DNA from: Acholeplasma laidlawii PG-8A
GTDB taxonomy: Bacteria > Bacillota_I > Bacilli_A > Acholeplasmatales > Acholeplasmataceae
Length of the DNA stretch: 32,000 nt
Assembly (NCBI RefSeq): GCF_000018785.1
Contig: NC_010163.1
Span: forward strand, 1,350,001-1,382,000
Reading direction: 5' to 3'
Part shown: positions 27,669 through 32,000 of the stretch, piece after piece
How the letters are laid out: each line of letters begins with the position of its first letter
Numbering within the stretch: the first letter of the stretch is position 1
Position numbers and translations under genes: made by a program
Notes under the pieces: generated by a model
Databases searched by the model: none
Told to the model about the DNA's origin: nothing
The model's input: the letters and a program-made list of their open reading frames with translations, nothing else

Positions 27669-29390
27669 TTAGTTGAACTTGATGTTATCTATATTGACTG
27701 TACCATAAAGTACTTCTATTTTGATTTGTACATTAGATTTATTGATTGTAGTTTTATAATACACGAAATCTTCTGTTAAGTCAGATATAGTATCTAGTAA
27801 TTCAAAAGTAGATGTTTCATCATTCATATAATAGATGTTGATGACACTTTCAAATGTGAAGTAACCGTTAGATCCAAATAGTCTTGCATCAAAGGATAAC
27901 GTATCTACATGGTCAAATGCGTCCACATTATACATATAGGCACTTTCAGTACTCATATAATGTGTACTAAGTCCTCTAAATCTTGCAACGACATTGCCAT
28001 GTACTTCACTATCCATATATGCAAGTTCTTTTTCACCATGCATATTGAGTGTATGTACTTCTTTCATCATAAAATCAATGTTTCCGATGGTTCTTACTTG
28101 TTCTACATAGTCAAAATCATTTGATGCCGTTTCAAAATCAATCACAACTGGTTCAGATTCTGGTGTATCTCCTGATTTATTAGTTACCCATAAAATATTA
28201 TCAAGCGTTAACCTGTGTCCACTACTTACTTCAATAGAAAGACTGTATGTACCTGTAATGTTTAAATTATCTATACTAAATGTTTTACCTTTATTAGCTT
28301 CGTCATCATCTTTAAATTTAAAGGATTCTATGAGTTCACCATTAATAAATACTTTAATAACTACATTGATTGCTTTATCTTTGCCATTGACTTGTGGGTA
28401 TGTAGATTTAGGTGAAAACGGTAGTCTTGCATCAAAGGATATACTTTGTAAACCATCATGAATTTCTGCTGCATAAATGCGTCCCATACCAGCATCTGTG
28501 TAGATATTACCGAAGCCTCCAATAGTTATGGCATTACCACCTTTTTTCATACCTAAGTCAATACGTGCATTTACCAGCTCCCAAAGTACATAGGTTTCGC
28601 CAATATAATCATAATCCATATACTCACTAGAGTTTTGTCCACTATCTTTAATTGCTTGAAGTGATTCAAAGTTTTCTCTAAGTGTTTCATTAGACTCTAC
28701 AATTATTTTTCCCCAAACCGCTTTAAAGTTTATATCATGAGCTGGCATTGTATCAGGAAGTTGATTGTCCCAACCTATAAATATATAACCTGGTTTTGTA
28801 GGATCTAGTGGTGCATAGATGTTTTCTTCATATGATAGTACTATAGGGTCAATCTCACTACCACCATCTGTATCAAAGGTAATGGTATAAGATGCTTTCG
28901 TCCAGATTGCTTTGACAGTTAAGCCGTTTAACGGCATCGTATCTGGTAATGTAGTATCCCAACCACTAAATATGTAACCTTCTTTGGTAGGTGCATCTAT
29001 TTCAGGTATTACCTCCAAATAAGGAAGCGTTAGTGCATCTATATTACTACCACCATCTGTATCAAACGTAATCTTATAGTTATTTGGTTCCCAAGTTGCC
29101 TTTAAAGTGACATGATGTGCCGGCATGATGGTTGGTACACTTGGTTCCCATCCAATAAAGATGTAGCCATCTTTAGTTGGTGGTGTTAGTTCTAGTTCAA
29201 TTTTGTCTCCTACTTTAAATGTTGCTGTATCAATATTTGATCCCCCATCGGTATCAAACATTAATGTATAACTTAATGGTATTTCTATGTGATCATCTGT
29301 TTGAGTCTTCGTATCACACGCCATTAAAAAAAGCATCATGGTTAGTAGAAAGACACCAAAAATGCTTATTTTAAATTTTTTGTTCATCAT
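27669..29390 (-). CDS. Surface lipoprotein with three Listeria-Bacteroides (Flg_new/InlB B-repeat type) repeats and two paralogous C-terminal domains
   Basis: 573 aa. Lipobox LFLMAC-D. Three repeats of the form FDTDGGS.ID....P.K.GYIF.GW....P.TMP......KA.W. Two roughly 165-aa C-terminal halves each contain (S/L)SFDARL. Confidence 0.85.
   Translation of the reverse strand: MMNKKFKISIFGVFLLTMMLFLMACDTKTQTDDHIEIPLSYTLMFDTDGGSNIDTATFKVGDKIELELTPPTKDGYIFIGWEPSVPTIMPAHHVTLKATWEPNNYKITFDTDGGSNIDALTLPYLEVIPEIDAPTKEGYIFSGWDTTLPDTMPLNGLTVKAIWTKASYTITFDTDGGSEIDPIVLSYEENIYAPLDPTKPGYIFIGWDNQLPDTMPAHDINFKAVWGKIIVESNETLRENFESLQAIKDSGQNSSEYMDYDYIGETYVLWELVNARIDLGMKKGGNAITIGGFGNIYTDAGMGRIYAAEIHDGLQSISFDARLPFSPKSTYPQVNGKDKAINVVIKVFINGELIESFKFKDDDEANKGKTFSIDNLNITGTYSLSIEVSSGHRLTLDNILWVTNKSGDTPESEPVVIDFETASNDFDYVEQVRTIGNIDFMMKEVHTLNMHGEKELAYMDSEVHGNVVARFRGLSTHYMSTESAYMYNVDAFDHVDTLSFDARLFGSNGYFTFESVINIYYMNDETSTFELLDTISDLTEDFVYYKTTINKSNVQIKIEVLYGTVNIDNIKFN
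28710..29270 (-). repeat. Three tandem roughly 63-aa coding repeats (Flg_new-type) inside the lipoprotein gene
   Basis: aa about 41-101, 103-164 and 167-227 share FDTDGGSxID and GYIFxGW motifs. Confidence 0.75.
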
Positions 29391-29455
29391 GTTATAGCCC
29401 CTCGCTTATGTTTTGTTTATGAGTTATTATAACATTATTGATTTAAATTTTTAAA

Positions 29456-30646
29456 TTAATCTTTATACTTTAGAAGATGACCCATTTTCTTTTGTTTAGT
29501 TCTTAGGTATTCTTCATTTTTTTCATTATGATTTAAAATAATAGGTTCTCTTGAAGTAATCTCCAAGCCATATCCAGATAACCCAGATATTTTAAGTGGG
29601 TTATTCGTCATTAATCTAATTTTACCCACACCTAAATCTTTAAGAATTTGAGCACCAATACCGTAATCTCTTAAGTCTTCTTCAAAACCTAATGCGATGT
29701 TAGCTTCTACAGTATCCATACCTAAATCTTGTAAGTGATATGCTTTAATCTTATTGATTAAACCAATACCACGTCCTTCTTGTCTCATGTAAAGAAGTAC
29801 ACCTTTGCCCGCTTTTTCGATGTTATCTAAAGCAGCTTGAAGCTGTTCACCACAATCACATTTAAGTGATCCAAAAGCATCACCTGTTAAACATTCAGAG
29901 TGTACACGTACTAATACTTCTTCACCTGGTTTAATATCACCTTTAACTAAGGCAACATGATGTTCACCACTAATGGCATTTTCAAAACCAACCATTCTAA
30001 ACTCACCATGTTTTGTAGGAAGCTTAGCCTCAGCTGCTTTTTTTACTAAACTTTCAGTCATTTGACGGTATCTAATAATAGATTCAACAGAAACGATTGG
30101 TAGTGCATGTTTTGTAGCAAATGCTATAATCTCATCCATCTTCATTGGTTGTTTATCTTTATTTAATAATAGTGATAACACACCAACTGGTTTAAGATTA
30201 GCTAGTTCAGACAAATCTACGATAGCTTCAGGATGTGCAACTCTTTTTAAAGTACCTCCTAATCTCGTAATTAAAGGAAATACAACACCATTTTTATGGT
30301 ATTCCACTTTCTTCTTATTTAATACAGATTGGGTGGTTGCCAATATATTGGATGGATCGTCTTTATGAGTATCAGTTAGTGAAATAGTAGTATCTTTAAA
30401 AGCGTGCATAGACCCAACTACTTCATAAACTGGATCAATGTTTAAACCTTCATAAAATTGTTTACTTGCAGCAACATAGATGTATTTATCACCATACTCT
30501 TTTAAAAAATTGATGTTCTCTAAGTTTAATTTTTCTGCATTAAAAATTAAACTCCCCGTATTTTGTAAATCATGATCATCTACAACAATGACAGGCTTAC
30601 TCATCTTGATTGCTTCAATGATGGATTGTACAGTATTAAACTCCAT
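29456..30646 (-). CDS. ribBA: RibBA-type fusion: degenerate DHBP-synthase-like domain plus intact GTP cyclohydrolase II
   Basis: 396 aa. The C-terminal half has [40 protein letters not shown] and [11 protein letters not shown] (GCH II). The N-terminal half aligns to RibB, but DDEDRENEGD is replaced by [10 protein letters not shown] and PGHVFPL by NGVVFPL. Confidence 0.88.
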   Translation of the reverse strand: MEFNTVQSIIEAIKMSKPVIVVDDHDLQNTGSLIFNAEKLNLENINFLKEYGDKYIYVAASKQFYEGLNIDPVYEVVGSMHAFKDTTISLTDTHKDDPSNILATTQSVLNKKKVEYHKNGVVFPLITRLGGTLKRVAHPEAIVDLSELANLKPVGVLSLLLNKDKQPMKMDEIIAFATKHALPIVSVESIIRYRQMTESLVKKAAEAKLPTKHGEFRMVGFENAISGEHHVALVKGDIKPGEEVLVRVHSECLTGDAFGSLKCDCGEQLQAALDNIEKAGKGVLLYMRQEGRGIGLINKIKAYHLQDLGMDTVEANIALGFEEDLRDYGIGAQILKDLGVGKIRLMTNNPLKISGLSGYGLEITSREPIILNHNEKNEEYLRTKQKKMGHLLKYKD

Positions 30647-30859
30647 GTTAAATTCATCTCCCTTTATTAGAAGTCACTTTCTTATAGGATCTTCTTTTTT
30701 TTGTTTTGTAACTTATTTTACAATGTAAGTTTCTATTTAATATAAAATATACTTCTATGTTTAGAAGTTTAACATAAAGTATATTTTATTGTAGGAAATA
30801 TTACATAAATTAAGTAAAGCATAGGTAAAAAGCTTTACCACACCAACCAAACTTAAGAA

Positions 30860-31276
30860 CTACTTATAACTTTCTGCATACTTCTTGATATTATCTAGAA
30901 TTGCTTGCCAACCTTTTTGTTGATGTTCAATTGGAAATTCATTTTCAGCATCTACAGTAAGCTTAACAGTAACAACACCTCTATGTTTAATAAATTCCAC
31001 TTCAATTTGTCTTTTATCGGTTAAATGATAATGAATTGATTGATGATATATGATCGAATCATATGTACCCATAAAATTAAATCCCATCGATTCATCCTTG
31101 GCTTCCATGCGGTAGTTAAATGCACCACCTTCTACAAAATTTGACTTTCCCTCTGTGACATGCCAATCATCACTTGCAAAACTCCATTTTACAACGTGTT
31201 TTGCATTATTATAAGTTTCCCAAACTACATCTATGTTTTGATGTATATCTGCTGTGATAACAAATTTTTTCATCAT
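30860..31276 (-). CDS. SRPBCC / AHSA1-domain protein
   Basis: About 138 aa. Typical pattern: I.A.......VW..............W.........GG.F.Y.M.......F...G.Y, and the C-terminal GWQAILDNIKKY. I place the start at the second ATG (31276), spaced about 10 nt from aaggag. The first ATG is only 1 nt from the RBS. Confidence 0.78.
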   Translation of the reverse strand: MMKKFVITADIHQNIDVVWETYNNAKHVVKWSFASDDWHVTEGKSNFVEGGAFNYRMEAKDESMGFNFMGTYDSIIYHQSIHYHLTDKRQIEVEFIKHRGVVTVKLTVDAENEFPIEHQQKGWQAILDNIKKYAESYK

Positions 31277-31453
31277 AGAAATCATTCTCCTTATACTACA
31301 TTATATGCCTGTTTTTAGGACAATGTAATTTATATGCTTACGAGAAACTTATAATTTATACCATTTTTTTACTTTTATTACACTTTATACTTTACTACGG
31401 TAGAGTAATAAAGTATAATAGTTTTAAATTAAATTGGAAAATGAGGAAAACAC

Positions 31454-32000
31454 ATGAAAAAATTATTTTTACTACTAAGTATCATGCTTACTACAATCGT
31501 ACTTACAGCTTGTAACGCAAACAACCTAACAGATTATGAATATATCGAACAAAAGGGGAGTTTCACTTTAGGTTACACAGACTTCCCACCAATGGGCTAT
31601 TTAGATAATGGTACACCAAGTGGCTTTGATATAGAAATAGCCACATTAGTCTTTGAACGTTTAGGTATTGAACTTAAATTTAAGTATATTGATTGGGATG
31701 CAAAAGTTGTAGAACTTGATTCAAAGAGAATTGACGCAATTTGGAATGGTTTGACAATCACAGATGAAAGAAAACTAGAAATGACCTTTTCTAAACCATA
31801 TTTTGACAACAATCTAATTATCATATCTAAAGAAGGATCTAACATTGATACTATAAGTGATCTAAGTGATAAAAATATCGGTTTAGAATTAGGTTCATCT
31901 GCAGATTTAAGTGTTGGTAAAAATGAGAACATTTTAAGCATTAGTAAAGAAGTTAAAAAATATAGTACATCTTCTGATGCAATTCTGGCGCTTAATGCTG
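31454..32000 (+). CDS. Amino-acid ABC transporter substrate-binding lipoprotein (family 3 SBP), 5' partial
   Basis: It is not in the ORF track because it runs off the window. My translation is MKKLFLLLSIMLTTIVLTAC-NANN...GFDIEIATLVFERLG...IDWDAKVVELDSKRIDAIWNGLTITDERKLEMTFSKPYF. Lipobox LTAC. The listed minus ORF 31597..31941 is its antisense shadow. Confidence 0.85.
   Translation, partial: MKKLFLLLSIMLTTIVLTACNANNLTDYEYIEQKGSFTLGYTDFPPMGYLDNGTPSGFDIEIATLVFERLGIELKFKYIDWDAKVVELDSKRIDAIWNGLTITDERKLEMTFSKPYFDNNLIIISKEGSNIDTISDLSDKNIGLELGSSADLSVGKNENILSISKEVKKYSTSSDAILALNA

Noticed and set aside
265-28461. Many 60-110 aa ORFs in the track lie antisense to or inside long genes: 265..462, 596..829, 2141..2386, 5322..5642, 9122..9394, 10731..11030, 11293..11490, 12900..13118, 13501..13815, 19928..20173, 20213..20431, 20455..20682, 21306..21593, 21427..21633, 23697..23891, 23813..24049, 26498..26740, 26859..27044, 27909..28124 and 28258..28461.
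   Set aside because: Each is fully embedded in, or antisense to, a long ORF with clear family motifs. They have odd composition (Ser/Leu/Cys-rich), no RBS and no recognisable motifs. They are shadow ORFs of AT-rich coding DNA.
30647-30859. An FMN (RFN) riboswitch, expected upstream of ribBA.
   Set aside because: Reading the minus strand, I found none of the conserved G-rich RFN core segments (GGGGCGG...CCGACGG / GGATGGGA-type). The region is almost entirely A/T. A covariance-model scan would be decisive.
31386-31453. An imperfect inverted repeat (ttatactttact ... agtaataaagtataa) and a GAAAAT-containing, CodY-box-like sequence upstream of the substrate-binding protein gene.
   Set aside because: The matches are partial with bulges, lie in an extremely AT-rich context, and overlap an ordinary TATAAT. 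I cannot distinguish them from chance without a PWM or conservation analysis.
31597-31941. 114-aa minus-strand ORF near the window end.
   Set aside because: The plus strand from 31454 encodes a textbook lipoprotein substrate-binding protein with a lipobox and SBP family 3 motifs. The minus ORF is its antisense shadow.
1-32000. Possibility that the organism uses UGA=Trp (genetic code 4), since it looks mollicute-like, or that the window is a prophage or other mobile element.
   Set aside because: All family-recognisable genes are full length under the standard code, with Trp encoded by TGG, so no recoding is needed. No integrase, transposase, phage structural genes, tRNA attachment site or terminal repeats were seen.

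Overview
AT-rich (by eye about 30-35% GC), gene-dense bacterial chromosome with about 30 protein genes, all but four on the minus strand. Long ORFs read through with the standard code, so UGA-as-Trp is not needed. Gene content and style fit an Acholeplasma-like mollicute or a related low-GC Firmicute; this placement is inference only. Most of the window is core metabolism. It holds nrdD plus the start of nrdG, and a complete Pho module (pstS-pstC-pstA-pstB-phoU-response regulator-histidine kinase) with PhoP-type direct repeats upstream. It also holds an ABC-2 exporter pair, a DAG-kinase-family lipid kinase, lipoate-protein ligase, and the pdhABCD pyruvate dehydrogenase operon, whose E2 carries two tandem lipoyl domains. 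Further genes are speA-like decarboxylase plus speB agmatinase, a UDG-superfamily gene, a repeat-rich surface lipoprotein, ribBA, an SRPBCC protein and a partial amino-acid-binding lipoprotein. No rRNA, tRNA, CRISPR array, transposase or integrase was seen. The most unusual element is a small terminator-bounded islet between the pdh and spe operons. It carries a translationally coupled pair: a DinJ/RelB-type ribbon-helix-helix antitoxin with a C-terminal extension, then a VbhT/FicT-like Fic protein. The Fic motif is non-canonical (HPLREGNTRTLI; the second Arg is missing), and neither protein shows the canonical (S/T)xxxE(G/N) inhibitory motif. Secondary oddities are a RibBA whose DHBP-synthase half has lost its catalytic residues, several orphan membrane proteins, a membrane protein wedged between pdhD and lplA, and a large loop insertion in PstA. 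I cannot show that any of these is a truly undescribed system without database or structure searches.
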